DNA from: Chromatiales bacterium
GTDB lineage: Bacteria > Pseudomonadota > Gammaproteobacteria > Poriferisulfidales > Oxydemutatoraceae
NCBI GenBank assembly: GCA_014323925.1
Contig: JACONC010000005.1
Coordinates: 16,117-80,116 of the forward strand
Direction of reading: 5' to 3'
Length of the DNA: 64,000 nucleotides
The notes under the pieces are model-generated. The model searched no databases and had not been told where the DNA came from. It saw only the letters and a program-made list of their open reading frames with translations. Positions within the stretch are counted from its first letter, which is position 1. Every line of letters starts with the position of its first letter. A program made the position numbers and the translations under genes. This document shows, in pieces, positions 40,128 to 50,222 of this stretch.

Positions 40128-41477
40128 CTAGTGTTTCTGCATGACCACGATATACTCGTTGGTCATCGTCGCTGATATAGAACCCGCTTTATTAGTCGGG
40201 CTATTCCTACCCGGCATCCTCTTGTTAGGAATAGCTCTGATAAATGTGTTCTGATACTCCACCCCGTGGTGTTCAAAGACCGACTTGGTGATTTCATCAG
40301 TCGGCAGTTTGATATCTTTTACTCTGCGATTGCCGACTACATAACATATATAAGCACCGCGTTTTACTACACCAACAACATTAGCGATCGACTTAATATA
40401 ATCATCATAAAAACTGTAGACCGCCTGCGCTCTTTTTAGATCTTGTCGGGCAATTTTCTCCACTATGCTATCAACGATACCAATCCCCGTTTTTCCTATT
40501 TCTTTTATTTTGCCGCCCATTAATTGATTATCCACTTGATTGGCATCGCTTATGCCAAGCCACTGATTAGCCAAGCGCGAAAACTGACCATAGGCTACCG
40601 TCGTCTTGCTATCACCGTAGGGGGGAGAAGTGACGACTATATCCATCGAATCTTTTTCTATTGCCGATATATCGCGAGCGGAATTAAAATCATATATATT
40701 CGTTGTTGCAGAGATATTTTTAGTTTTTAGCAGATAGCTTTGCAAACCTTTGTGGTTTCTTGACAACTTAGCGGTCATTATTGAACAAACATCAGGGTTG
40801 AATTTCTCTCTTTTTATTTTTGACATTCTATACAACTTAAACTCGCCATTCCTAGTTAAGCTGCTTTCCCTCACCGTCTCGCTAAAAGCTATCAAGAAAA
40901 ATTCCTGTACATTTTTATCTTCTATCGCATCTATAAAACCTTTGACAATTGCCAACTTTTCTTTGGTTTGCGGCTTAAACCAGAAATCAATGTTATGAAA
41001 TTCAGGCAATGTAACACTAAAGTTCTTTAGCTCAAAATTTAACGCAAACAAAAATTCCTGAAATTCTTTTAGATACAAATCTAGCACTTGAAGTTTTATA
41101 CGAGTGGTTTTTGCTCTAGCAATCAACCGCGCTAAAGGGTTTAGGTCGGTTCCATAGGCATTGATAGATTTAAGGTTTGCCTCCACCAGCGAAGTACCCG
41201 TGCCACAATACGGATCAAAAAGAGTCTTCGCGTTGCTAGCGTATCGTGCAATCAGCCTTTCAGCGACTTGCGGAATCATCATTGCCGGATAGTTATGATA
41301 GCAATGCGTATCTGCCTTAGTATCAGCAGTTCTAAAATCCCAACTAAAATCTCGGTATTTTGATCTGCTCCTTGACTGCATGCTAAATTTCCTCGACTCT
41401 TGCGAATAACAGGGATAATTTGTTTTCAAATATTCGGAATCCAGTGCCGTGGTTTCTGGCATACGTTGCTTTGGCAT
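40128..41477 (-). CDS. orphan amino-methyltransferase (alpha-class N6-adenine/N4-cytosine DNA MTase-like)
   Basis: 449 aa. The AdoMet motif FDPYCGTGT (near aa 88) is followed about 200 aa later by the catalytic VVTSPPYGD motif. It lies convergent to recN and upstream of fur, with no adjacent endonuclease. Confidence 0.65.
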   Translation of the reverse strand: MPKQRMPETTALDSEYLKTNYPCYSQESRKFSMQSRSRSKYRDFSWDFRTADTKADTHCYHNYPAMMIPQVAERLIARYASNAKTLFDPYCGTGTSLVEANLKSINAYGTDLNPLARLIARAKTTRIKLQVLDLYLKEFQEFLFALNFELKNFSVTLPEFHNIDFWFKPQTKEKLAIVKGFIDAIEDKNVQEFFLIAFSETVRESSLTRNGEFKLYRMSKIKREKFNPDVCSIMTAKLSRNHKGLQSYLLKTKNISATTNIYDFNSARDISAIEKDSMDIVVTSPPYGDSKTTVAYGQFSRLANQWLGISDANQVDNQLMGGKIKEIGKTGIGIVDSIVEKIARQDLKRAQAVYSFYDDYIKSIANVVGVVKRGAYICYVVGNRRVKDIKLPTDEITKSVFEHHGVEYQNTFIRAIPNKRMPGRNSPTNKAGSISATMTNEYIVVMQKH

Positions 41478-41590
41478 GCAGCCTTAAATCAACCAGTCAA
41501 TGTTCTCAGTAAATGCTCCGAATAATTTTAAATTCTCTGTGGAATTCTGCTGGCGTCAATTTTTCTTATAGTTTTTAGAAAACAACACGC

Positions 41591-42031
41591 TTACGAGTGT
41601 TTTAAGTGCTTACAATTATTTGCCTGACAGTCTACATACATTACCAGTGAGTGATCATTGAGGGTAAAACCGTGCTTTTTGGCAATAGCTTCTTGTCGGT
41701 CCTCTATAGTTGAGTCGACGAACTCAATGATTCTGCCGCACTGGGTGCAGACCATGTGGTCGTGATGATCGCCGCGGTTAATTTCGTAGCATGCTTGTCC
41801 TCGCTTTAGGTAGCGACGCAGTATTAAACCGGCTGCCTCAAATTGCGCAAGCACATTGTAGATAGTTGCCAAACCGACATTTTCGTCTTTTAAGGTTAGC
41901 TTTTTGTGTATATGCTCAGCAGTCACATGGCGGGAGTCGGCTTGCTCCATAATTTTCAATATTTTAAGGCGCGGCACCGTCACCTTAAGTCCTACTCGTT
42001 TGATATCTTGCTGGTTCATAATATTTAACAA
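41591..42031 (-). CDS. fur: ferric uptake regulator
   Basis: 146 aa with the Fur winged helix and metal sites (HDHMVCTQCGRIIEF). Confidence 0.9.
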   Translation of the reverse strand: MLNIMNQQDIKRVGLKVTVPRLKILKIMEQADSRHVTAEHIHKKLTLKDENVGLATIYNVLAQFEAAGLILRRYLKRGQACYEINRGDHHDHMVCTQCGRIIEFVDSTIEDRQEAIAKKHGFTLNDHSLVMYVDCQANNCKHLKHS

Positions 42032-42059
42032 TTTAAGCTACTTATATTATCATTATGTA

Positions 42060-42464
42060 ATGCTCAAACGAAATTATAAGCTATTCCGCAGTCTAGCCAT
42101 TGCCATATGCAGCGCGATATTGTGTTCTTGCAGTAGTGAGCTGGGTCAGGAATCTAGCGGATTCTTTGGTCGGTTATTCAATCCCGACAGCTACAAGCTA
42201 TATCGTATGGATATTACCCAAGGCAATATATTAGAACCATCAAAAATTGCAAAAGTAAAGGTCGGCATGACCAAAAGCCAGGTGTACTATTTGTTGGGTA
42301 CGCCAGTGTTGCCGACCGCATTTCACGATGATAGGTGGGATTATGTTTACTATAACGATGTCTTGCGAAAGGAACTAGAACTCTACAGACTAACACTGCT
42401 ATTTGATGGTGAGCGCATAGAATATTTACGCAAAACAGAAAATTTGGTTATTGATAAATCCTGA
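42060..42464 (+). CDS. bamE: outer-membrane protein assembly factor BamE (OmlA/SmpA) lipoprotein
   Basis: It is divergent from fur, as with Pseudomonas fur-omlA. It has a lipobox (ILCSCSS) and a BamE core (ITQGNILEPSKIAKVKVGMTKSQVYYLLGTP...DRWDYVY). The track ORF start (41904) overlaps fur, so I chose the internal ATG at 42060. Confidence 0.75.
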   Translation: MLKRNYKLFRSLAIAICSAILCSCSSELGQESSGFFGRLFNPDSYKLYRMDITQGNILEPSKIAKVKVGMTKSQVYYLLGTPVLPTAFHDDRWDYVYYNDVLRKELELYRLTLLFDGERIEYLRKTENLVIDKS

Positions 42465-42490
42465 AAATAGCATAGCGATCGACAAACAAA

Positions 42491-42772
42491 TTAATGATTA
42501 TTAAGCGCTCGGCGGCGGCGGGCCTCTTGCGGACTACATTTTAACGGGCGATATATCTCGACCCGATCGCCTGCTTTAAGTTGCAATTCCAACGATACTT
42601 TGCGCCCAAAGATGCCGACCTTGTTATGCGCCATACTAATCTCAGGAAACTCTGCCAATAAACCAGATTGGCGGATGGCATCTATAACCTGCATATTAGG
42701 CTGTAGATCTACGCTCACTACTCGTTGCTTATGCACTGCGGCATAGACGACTTCTACTCGTTGCTCAGACAA
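42491..42772 (-). CDS. rnfH: RnfH/YfjF (RatB) family ubiquitin-like protein
   Basis: It aligns with E. coli RnfH (QRVEVVYA...QVIDAIRQSGLL...NKVGIFGRKVSLELQLKAGDRVEIYRPL). A probable TTG/CTG start lies near 42772, whereas the track ORF extends to 42838 through the ratA 3' end. Confidence 0.6.
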   Translation of the reverse strand: MSEQRVEVVYAAVHKQRVVSVDLQPNMQVIDAIRQSGLLAEFPEISMAHNKVGIFGRKVSLELQLKAGDRVEIYRPLKCSPQEARRRRALNNH

Positions 42773-43208
42773 CAGTCCCGTACCTTTGTCGTGCGCGGGT
42801 TTGAAAAGCATCAAACAAAGACACCGACACCTTATCAAAAATCTGCTTAAACAATATATATTTCAAAGATTTATTGAACTCGTAGTCGAGCTGAAAAATA
42901 ACTTTGCAACCACTCTCCCCAAGTGGTTGAAAATACCAATGCCCACTTAAGCTACTAAAAGGACCGTCGGCTAATTTCATATCTATAGATTGCTCAGGTG
43001 TATTGGTGTTAATAGTAGTGAAAGATAAATTTATCGTTTGCTTATAGAGTATGCTCAAACGAACTTTAACCGAATTTTCGCTTAATACCTCAGTATCAAC
43101 CTTGTCGCACCAAGAAATAAACTCCGGATAATCTGACACATCGGCAACTAAATCGTACATTTGACGGCAAGAATAGGGGACTATGGCCTTTCGTGAGATA
43201 CGACTCAT
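42765..43208 (-). CDS. ratA: RatA/YfjG-like SRPBCC (polyketide cyclase fold) ribosome-association toxin homolog
   Basis: MSRISRKAIVPYSCRQMYDLVADVSDYPEFI aligns with E. coli RatA (ISRTALVPYSAEQMYQLVNDV.SYPQFL). I used the internal Met as the start. Confidence 0.7.
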   Translation of the reverse strand: MSRISRKAIVPYSCRQMYDLVADVSDYPEFISWCDKVDTEVLSENSVKVRLSILYKQTINLSFTTINTNTPEQSIDMKLADGPFSSLSGHWYFQPLGESGCKVIFQLDYEFNKSLKYILFKQIFDKVSVSLFDAFQTRARQRYGTVV

Positions 43209-44572
43209 GTCTCCCCCAACTGATTTGCAATAAGAATAGCCAATATCAATATAGGACAAAAATAGCGCGCACTCCAACGCCATATTTGGTAATAGGTATT
43301 GGAACTTGAGCCAAACTGTTTTTTGCTAGCTGTAGCAGGTAGCACCCAACCGGCAAATAGAACTATCAACAAGCCGCCCAAAGGTAGCGTGATGTTCGAG
43401 GTTAAATTATCTATTAGATTGAATGGAGTCATCTCCCATAATTCGACTTCTTGCCATATATTGAAAGAGAAAACAGTTGCAAAACCTAGCAACCAAATTA
43501 CCAAGGCAGCGATAGCCGCCGCCGTGCTGCGTGTCCAACGAGTATGCTCAGTCAGCCAGGCAACAGCAGGCTCCAATAACGAGAAAGCTGAAGTCCAGGC
43601 GACGATGAAAAGTAATACAAAAAATATGAAACCAAGTAAAGCACCGCCAGGCATCTGAGAGAAAGCAATGGGTAAAGTCTTAAAAATCAAGCCCGGGCCT
43701 GCAGCCGGTTCTAAATTAAAAGCAAATAAAATAGGAAAAATCATTAGACAAGCAAGGATAGCAACTAAGGTGTCGATCACAACTATAGTGCTGGTCGTGG
43801 CAAGCAAAGGTTCACTATCTGACAAGTAAGAACCGTAGATCATCACTGCTCCCATCCCTAGACTCAACGAGAAAAATGCTTGTCCTAGGGCAACCAAAAT
43901 TACATCGGGCTGCATATCTTGCCACCTAAACAAAAACAAAAAACGCACCGCCTGTCCCATATCGGCGTTATAAAAATTATAGACAATGATTCCAATTATC
44001 AATATCAGCAACAATGGCATAAAATAATAAACAACCTTTCCTATGCCGGCATTAATGTTTCGCATACAAACAATTGCGGTTATCAACATAAATAAGCCAT
44101 GGTACAAAATCATCTGCTTAGGATCTGCTAAAAGCGTATTGAAAAGATTTGAAAAGCCCTCAACCGACTGAGATTCAAAGGTGCCGGTGGCGGAATGAAA
44201 TACATAAACCACTAACCATCCTGCAATCACACTATAGAAGGATAATATCAAAACACCGGTGATGATGCCCATCAGTCCGATTACCTTCCAAATCGGGCTG
44301 GCTCCATATTCTCTATGAAAACGGGAAAAAGTATCTACAGTATTGCGTTTTCCCAAACGACCTAGCATCACCTCGCTCAACATCACAGGTAATCCCATTA
44401 CGATGACAAAAAATATGTAAAGTATAACAAATGCACCTCCGCCGTACTCGCCAGTAATATAAGGAAAGCGCCAGATATTACCCAAACCGACCGCCGATCC
44501 GGTTACTGCCATAATAAAGACAAGTCGCGAAGCCCATTGGCTATGGGTGTAGTAATTTTTGCTGATCATCAT
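43205..44572 (-). CDS. sodium-dependent transporter (NSS/SNF family)
   Basis: 455 aa, roughly 11 TM helices, with the N-terminal GLGNIWRFPY motif characteristic of neurotransmitter:sodium symporter homologs. Confidence 0.8.
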   Translation of the reverse strand: MMISKNYYTHSQWASRLVFIMAVTGSAVGLGNIWRFPYITGEYGGGAFVILYIFFVIVMGLPVMLSEVMLGRLGKRNTVDTFSRFHREYGASPIWKVIGLMGIITGVLILSFYSVIAGWLVVYVFHSATGTFESQSVEGFSNLFNTLLADPKQMILYHGLFMLITAIVCMRNINAGIGKVVYYFMPLLLILIIGIIVYNFYNADMGQAVRFLFLFRWQDMQPDVILVALGQAFFSLSLGMGAVMIYGSYLSDSEPLLATTSTIVVIDTLVAILACLMIFPILFAFNLEPAAGPGLIFKTLPIAFSQMPGGALLGFIFFVLLFIVAWTSAFSLLEPAVAWLTEHTRWTRSTAAAIAALVIWLLGFATVFSFNIWQEVELWEMTPFNLIDNLTSNITLPLGGLLIVLFAGWVLPATASKKQFGSSSNTYYQIWRWSARYFCPILILAILIANQLGET

Positions 44573-44625
44573 TGGATGAGATATTATTTAACGATTTAGA
44601 AACAAGGCTTTATTATAGTGGAATT

Positions 44626-45096
44626 ATGAAGACTAATAAAACAAAACAGGCTAAAACGGCGCAGAACCCAGAAGCTAGGCGCAATTATTTTATATCCGAA
44701 CAGATAGAAGCAGGCATCGTGCTCGACGGCTGGGAAGTCAAAAGCCTCAGAGCCAATCGCATACAGTTGAAAGAAAGTTATGCTATCTTAAAAGATAACG
44801 AAGCGTGGCTAATCAATGCACATATTAGTCCGTTGCCGAGCTGCACTGTCTCGACAACAAACCCGGCGCGCACCCGCAAGCTGTTGCTCAACCAAAGAGA
44901 ATTACGCAAACTACACGGTAAACTGACGCAGCAAGGCTACACATTAATACCGCTTGATGTGCATTGGAAAAACAATCGTGCCAAAATCCAGTTGGGTCTG
45001 GGCAAGGGAAAACACAAATACGATAAACGCATGACTGAGCGTAACCGTAGTTGGAATATAGAAAAACGCAGGCTTCAAAAAATAAAGTTTCGGTGA
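44626..45096 (+). CDS. smpB: SsrA-binding protein
   Basis: ISEQIEAGIVLDGWEVKSLRA...TRKLLLNQRELRKL aligns with E. coli SmpB. The track ORF starts at an upstream TTG, so I chose the ATG at 44626. Confidence 0.9.
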   Translation: MKTNKTKQAKTAQNPEARRNYFISEQIEAGIVLDGWEVKSLRANRIQLKESYAILKDNEAWLINAHISPLPSCTVSTTNPARTRKLLLNQRELRKLHGKLTQQGYTLIPLDVHWKNNRAKIQLGLGKGKHKYDKRMTERNRSWNIEKRRLQKIKFR

Positions 45097-45310
45097 AAAG
45101 TCTGGCTATTTGCGTAGCGGCGACCGCAAAAACCACTAAGCCGTAGAGGTAACCTCAAACTCGTTACTGTAGATTTAGCGTAGCGGCCCTTCTAGGAAAA
45201 CCTTAGTTCGGACACGGATACCTGTATCAAAACTGGTGGCATCGCACAATGTTTTGAAACCGGGTTGCTATGCTATATAATAAACTAACTAAGCATGTCA
45301 AGGAGGTATA

Positions 45311-45562
45311 GTGGACATGGTACATGTTGATGAGAAAACAAGCAATGTCAGTTTTGCTGACATACTTGTGATATTAGTACTAGGACTTATTAGTATGAGT
45401 ATAATATTTTTAGGGGACTATCTTGAAAATCCCGTCATCTCCTTATTAGGATTGCTGTTTTTCATAATAGTAATCGGAACTGCTATAGTTAAATTTGGAA
45501 CTGCCATAACTAATTTTATAAATTCTATTCTAGACCTCAAAGACCGTCTAAAACGAAAGTAG
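45311..45562 (+). CDS. small two-TM hypothetical membrane protein
   Basis: 83 aa with two hydrophobic helices, in an AT-rich ~1 kb region otherwise free of ORFs. Coding status is uncertain. Confidence 0.25.
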   Translation: MDMVHVDEKTSNVSFADILVILVLGLISMSIIFLGDYLENPVISLLGLLFFIIVIGTAIVKFGTAITNFINSILDLKDRLKRK

Positions 45563-46146
45563 ACTCTTATTTTCAACCACTTCTAATTACTTTTCCAGCA
45601 CAGCACCAAGTGCGGCGCAAAACCGCATAACTTCGTAGGTAGTTTGGTATAGCTCGCTCCGAGATCGTTGCTCTATCGCGAGCTATGGGCTTCGTTTTTT
45701 TAGAGACTGTATAATGCCAGAAACATGTAAGCAGGTAGTTGTCTTGATACCTCAATTCAATGCTAAAATCCTATTAATTGAATGGTTCAACTAGTTGGGA
45801 AGTTTGCAAAGGGTATATCGGCTTTGCACAAATAAAAGGGTTAAATAGATATGGCCGAAATAGCATTATATAATTTATTGAGACGGATACCCGATGTGTC
45901 TGATAAGGAAGCAAAGGAAGCAGTAGATGGAACTTAAATATTTGCGTTGGGTACTTTTCCCTTTGAATGCAGCTATCCTGGTAAAGTTATTTTTTTAATT
46001 TATTACGGTGGCAATCAGTGTAGAGAGCACGATAAACTAAATTAGGGGAGAGAAAAATCGCCAGCAGAAATAAGTTTTAATCTGAGCTATTTAGCCAAAT
46101 AAATTACGAGCGAAGGTTTTAATCTAAAATTTGTGACTAAAACTTG

Positions 46147-46788
46147 CTAGCGCCCATTTTGTATGACATCGACATCTTCAGGTAGTTTAATTTTAAAGTA
46201 ATCTCTCTTAAATTCTGTGCCTGTTTGGACATCGTAAAAGCGTATATGCGTAGATTGATCGAAATGGTCGTAGAGTACTAAATACGATAAACGGCTGTTC
46301 CTGAAGCCTACATCAAAGTAAATAAAATCGGTGTCATCTTCTTTTGGTTCCAGTCTCAACCAATCAACCGCATCAATCTCGGCATAAGTATTATCGGCTA
46401 TAGTGTCTACATAAAAATCATCAGCTACAGTGCGTTTATCCAGCAGCAACATCAAGGGTGCTTTTCCTAAAGTGGTCAGTGTTGGGCGGATGTATGCCTG
46501 TTTGAGGGGCACATCGTAAATCAATAGATTGATGCCGTCGGTTAAAATCAGATAAGGCTCGGGCAAGACATATTCCCAGCGAAAGCGCCCCGGTCTATGG
46601 AACAATATAAATCCTTTCGATTCATCAATCTTTTGACCATCAGCACTGTAAACCTTTTGCTCAAAATTCGCCCGAAATGTTTCGGCATCAAAAAAAATAT
46701 CCAAATCACTAAATATGTCGGCGACCGCCGATGCATAGAAAAAAAACAGGCAACTCAATACTGCCGCACTAATTTTATACGGTCGCAT
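46147..46788 (-). CDS. lolA: outer-membrane lipoprotein carrier protein
   Basis: 213 aa with a signal peptide, and it lies immediately downstream of ftsK (the conserved ftsK-lolA pair). The LolA-like FRANFEQ region is present. Confidence 0.8.
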   Translation of the reverse strand: MRPYKISAAVLSCLFFFYASAVADIFSDLDIFFDAETFRANFEQKVYSADGQKIDESKGFILFHRPGRFRWEYVLPEPYLILTDGINLLIYDVPLKQAYIRPTLTTLGKAPLMLLLDKRTVADDFYVDTIADNTYAEIDAVDWLRLEPKEDDTDFIYFDVGFRNSRLSYLVLYDHFDQSTHIRFYDVQTGTEFKRDYFKIKLPEDVDVIQNGR

Positions 46789-49070
46789 TAATCTTTGCCC
46801 GGCGCTGCAACCAACACTTCGCGAGAACCGTTCGAATGTATTCTGGAGACTATTTTAGCGGCTTCCATATCTTCTATCATACGCGCCGCTCGGTTGTAGC
46901 CGACCTTAAGACGGCGTTGCAAATACGAGATAGAGGCTTTGCGCGATTCTATTACAATTTCCACCGCTTGATTATAAAGCGGGTCTTTGGCATCAGAGAT
47001 ATCCAACCCAACCGTAGCCGTGTCCGATGCTTCTATATTTTCTATGTAAGCCGGAGGCCCCTGTTGCCGTATAAAGTCGGTAACTGCTTGCACTTCATTA
47101 TCTGATATAAATGCACCGTGTACGCGCAGGGGTGTCGAATAACTCGGCATCAAACACAACATATCGCCTTGTCCGAGCAGTTGTTCGGCACCGTTCTGAT
47201 CAAGGATAGTGCGCGAATCCACCTTTGAAGAAACTTGACATGCAATCCTCGCTGGCACATTGGCTTTAACTAAACCCGTAATGATGTTTACCGATGGTCG
47301 TTGTGTAGCAAGTACTAAATGTAATCCGGCAGCACGCGCCTTCTGCGCAAGCCGGATAATCATTTCCTCTACTTTCTTACCTACCATCATAATCATGTCA
47401 GCAAATTCATCTATAAAAATAACGATATAAGGCATCGTCTCTAATAACGGTGCGGTTGCGCCGTCTTCGTGCTTATCGGCATCAAACAGTGGATCGGCTA
47501 TCGGTTGCTTCTTTTTTTGTGCCTTAAGAATTTTATTATTGTACGACCCGATACTACGCACATTGAGGGCAGCCATCAAACGATAGCGGCGCTCCATTTC
47601 GGTGACTGCCCAGTATAAGGCGCCGGCGGCTTCCTGCATATCAGTGATCACTGGTAGCAATAGATGGTGGATATGCTCGTACGATTTAAGCTCAAGCATT
47701 TTAGGATCTACTAGAATTAAACGAACCTGAGAGGGACGATTACGAAACAATAAACTCGCTAGCATAGAATGCACGGCGACCGATTTACCGGAACCAGTGG
47801 TGCCAGCAACCAGTAGATGTGGTAGCTTTTCTAGATCTATAAATACCGCTTGCCCAGCAACATCCTTGCCCAGAGCAAGCGTCAGAGGTGAATGTTGCTT
47901 TTCGTATTCGTCCGACCGCAACAGCTCACCGAATTTCACAACGGCTCTTTTTCTATTAGGTATTTCTATGCCGATTGAAGATTTACCGGGGATAACTTCT
48001 ACCACTCTAATACTGGGAAGCGATAGCGAGCGCGCAATATCCTTCTGAATACCGCTTATGCTACTTGACTTAGTGCCGGGCGCAGGCACCACTTCAAAAC
48101 GGGTGACTACCGGGCCGGGCTGTGCTTCAGTCACTTGAGCAGTGATTCCGAAGTCTTCTAATTTAATTTCAAGTTGTCGCGCAAGCTGTTCAACTTCGTC
48201 TTTAGAGTAATGTGAAACTGCTGCTGCCTCTTGGTCAAGCAAACTCATCGGTGGTAATTCTTCTCTGCCGTCTATCGGCAATGTGATCTGATGCTTCTGG
48301 TTAGCTTTTTCTCCGCGCGATAAACTGCTAATGGCACTCCCTATTTTAGGCGGTGTTCGTTGTCGGAGTTTCTGCTTACGCTTTGAAACTATTTGACTGC
48401 GTTCTACTGATCGTTCGTGCACTAATAGGCGACTCTGCAGCCATTTTTTTGCATTCACCACGGATTGCGCAGCGACGAACAAACATAAGCCGACCCTATC
48501 TACCACCTTCAGCCAGGCGATACCGGTCATTATCGTAAAACTTGCGACAATCAGCCCCAACAATAATATGGTCGACCCCACCATATTGAACAGCGGATAA
48601 AAGCTATTCATAACCAACACGCCTAACCGACCACCACTGCTGGCAGGAAGTTCAGGCGCAACAAAATGTATCGTTGCTAACCCACAACACGCAGCGATGG
48701 CAAGTGTCGCTGCTAACCAAATAATTAGGTGTCTGTTCCATATTGAACTTTGTTCGTATGCAGGTTTGAACAGCCGCGCAGCACTCATGAATATAGCGAG
48801 TGGCAACAACACCATCGCCGGTGCACCGAATAGAAAATAGGCACTATAAGCAACCCATGCACCAATAACGCCGCCTAAATTTCGGGCTTGGTCTAAGGGA
48901 ATATTATTCGCCCACGACGGATCGTCGACTTGATAACTTAACATAGCAAGTAAAAAGTATAAGCCGACAAAAACAAGAAACCACCCGCCTCCTTTACGCA
49001 GATACATTGCCTCTTGATGCCAATTTTTTGCACCGGATCTAGACATCCGGGCTGATGTTTTGCTTCTCAC
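46788..49070 (-). CDS. ftsK: DNA translocase FtsK
   Basis: 760 aa with N-terminal TM helices, the motor-domain Walker A (VAGTTGSGKS), and the C-terminal gamma winged helix. Confidence 0.95.
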   Translation of the reverse strand: MRSKTSARMSRSGAKNWHQEAMYLRKGGGWFLVFVGLYFLLAMLSYQVDDPSWANNIPLDQARNLGGVIGAWVAYSAYFLFGAPAMVLLPLAIFMSAARLFKPAYEQSSIWNRHLIIWLAATLAIAACCGLATIHFVAPELPASSGGRLGVLVMNSFYPLFNMVGSTILLLGLIVASFTIMTGIAWLKVVDRVGLCLFVAAQSVVNAKKWLQSRLLVHERSVERSQIVSKRKQKLRQRTPPKIGSAISSLSRGEKANQKHQITLPIDGREELPPMSLLDQEAAAVSHYSKDEVEQLARQLEIKLEDFGITAQVTEAQPGPVVTRFEVVPAPGTKSSSISGIQKDIARSLSLPSIRVVEVIPGKSSIGIEIPNRKRAVVKFGELLRSDEYEKQHSPLTLALGKDVAGQAVFIDLEKLPHLLVAGTTGSGKSVAVHSMLASLLFRNRPSQVRLILVDPKMLELKSYEHIHHLLLPVITDMQEAAGALYWAVTEMERRYRLMAALNVRSIGSYNNKILKAQKKKQPIADPLFDADKHEDGATAPLLETMPYIVIFIDEFADMIMMVGKKVEEMIIRLAQKARAAGLHLVLATQRPSVNIITGLVKANVPARIACQVSSKVDSRTILDQNGAEQLLGQGDMLCLMPSYSTPLRVHGAFISDNEVQAVTDFIRQQGPPAYIENIEASDTATVGLDISDAKDPLYNQAVEIVIESRKASISYLQRRLKVGYNRAARMIEDMEAAKIVSRIHSNGSREVLVAAPGKD

Positions 49071-49099
49071 TATTTCCTTTTGTTGATTACATCAAACGC

Positions 49100-50119
49100 T
49101 TAGTATAAATCAATCAATCCAGTCGTTTCATCAAGACCTAGCATTAAGTTCATATTCTGCACGGCTTGTCCAGCAGCCCCTTTGATTAAATTATCAATGA
49201 CCGAGAAGATAATCGCAATATCGCCATATGCCGGTTTATGCACAGCTATCAAACAGTTGTTAGTCCTGCTTACATCACCGGTCTGCGGATGGCTGTCGGG
49301 CGGCATAACATGAACGAAGGCCTCTTGACGATAAGCCTGCTCCAAGCACTGCTGTAGTTGCTCAAGCTCGGCGGTTGTCTTAATGTACATCGTTGATTGC
49401 AAGCCGCGAACAATCGGCAATAAGTGCGGCGTAAAACTCAACCCTATTTCGGTGCCAGCGATTTGATTCAACTGCTGTCTGATTTCCGGCCAGTGTCTGT
49501 GACCGCTGGCTTTATACGCTCTAAAGTTTTCACTACACTCTGAAAACAGCAGTTCTACATTCGCTTGGCGGCCAGCACCGCTGACCCCTGATTTTGCATC
49601 AATTATCAAAGCTGCAGTGTCGGCGTAGCCCGACTCTAGCAGTGGCTTTAATCCTAGTATCGCCGAAGTCGGATAGCAGCCAGGGTTAGCTACCAGATTT
49701 GCCGCCGCGATGGCGTTGCGATTTATTTCGCTGATGCCGTAGACTGCTTTGTCCAATAAATGCGGGCAGGTATGCTGTGTGCCATACCAATGTTGCCACT
49801 CGGATACATCGCGCAACCTAAAATCCGCTGCCATATCTATCAGCCGTATTCCGGCATCCAGCAAGGTCTCGGCGTGCTGCATCGCAGTACCGTTGGGAGT
49901 AGCAAAAAACACCAAATCTGGATTAAGGTCGCGTTGCAAAACATCGCTGTAATGCAAATCAGTCAGTGCGGTCATCCTAGGATGCACCTCGGCAATAGCA
50001 CGACCTGCGTAAGTACGCGAGATAACCTGCGTGAGCTTGACTTGCGGATGATGTAGCAAAAGGCGCGTCAATTCGTACCCTGTGTAACCACCGCCACCTA
50101 TGATTGCGACCGCATGCAT
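49100..50119 (-). CDS. argC: N-acetyl-gamma-glutamyl-phosphate reductase
   Basis: 339 aa with a Rossmann N-terminus (IIGGGGYTGYEL) and the active-site ANPGCYPT. Confidence 0.9.
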   Translation of the reverse strand: MHAVAIIGGGGYTGYELTRLLLHHPQVKLTQVISRTYAGRAIAEVHPRMTALTDLHYSDVLQRDLNPDLVFFATPNGTAMQHAETLLDAGIRLIDMAADFRLRDVSEWQHWYGTQHTCPHLLDKAVYGISEINRNAIAAANLVANPGCYPTSAILGLKPLLESGYADTAALIIDAKSGVSGAGRQANVELLFSECSENFRAYKASGHRHWPEIRQQLNQIAGTEIGLSFTPHLLPIVRGLQSTMYIKTTAELEQLQQCLEQAYRQEAFVHVMPPDSHPQTGDVSRTNNCLIAVHKPAYGDIAIIFSVIDNLIKGAAGQAVQNMNLMLGLDETTGLIDLY

Positions 50120-50222
50120 TATTTGTCCTCTTTGTATGTATAAGCGATTGTTAGTTAAATAACTTTATATTTTATCATCACTGATATTTTGAGTAATTCT
50201 ATAATTCTGCCACAATAGTCGG

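Noticed and set aside
41904-42059. N-terminal extension of the bamE ORF overlapping fur on the opposite strand
   Set aside because: Homology to BamE and the lipoprotein signal begin at the internal Met (42060). The extension is antisense to the fur coding sequence.
42491-42838. Full-length 115-aa rnfH ORF starting MIRCRCLCLM
   Set aside because: The first 22 codons overlap ratA and are not homologous to RnfH. Homology begins at a Leu codon (TTG/CTG start) near 42772.
45097-45310. Possible tmRNA (ssrA) immediately downstream of smpB, as in E. coli
   Set aside because: I see no GGGGCTGATTCTGGATTCGAC-like 5' end, no tRNA-Ala-like T-arm/acceptor, and no CCA 3' end in this interval.
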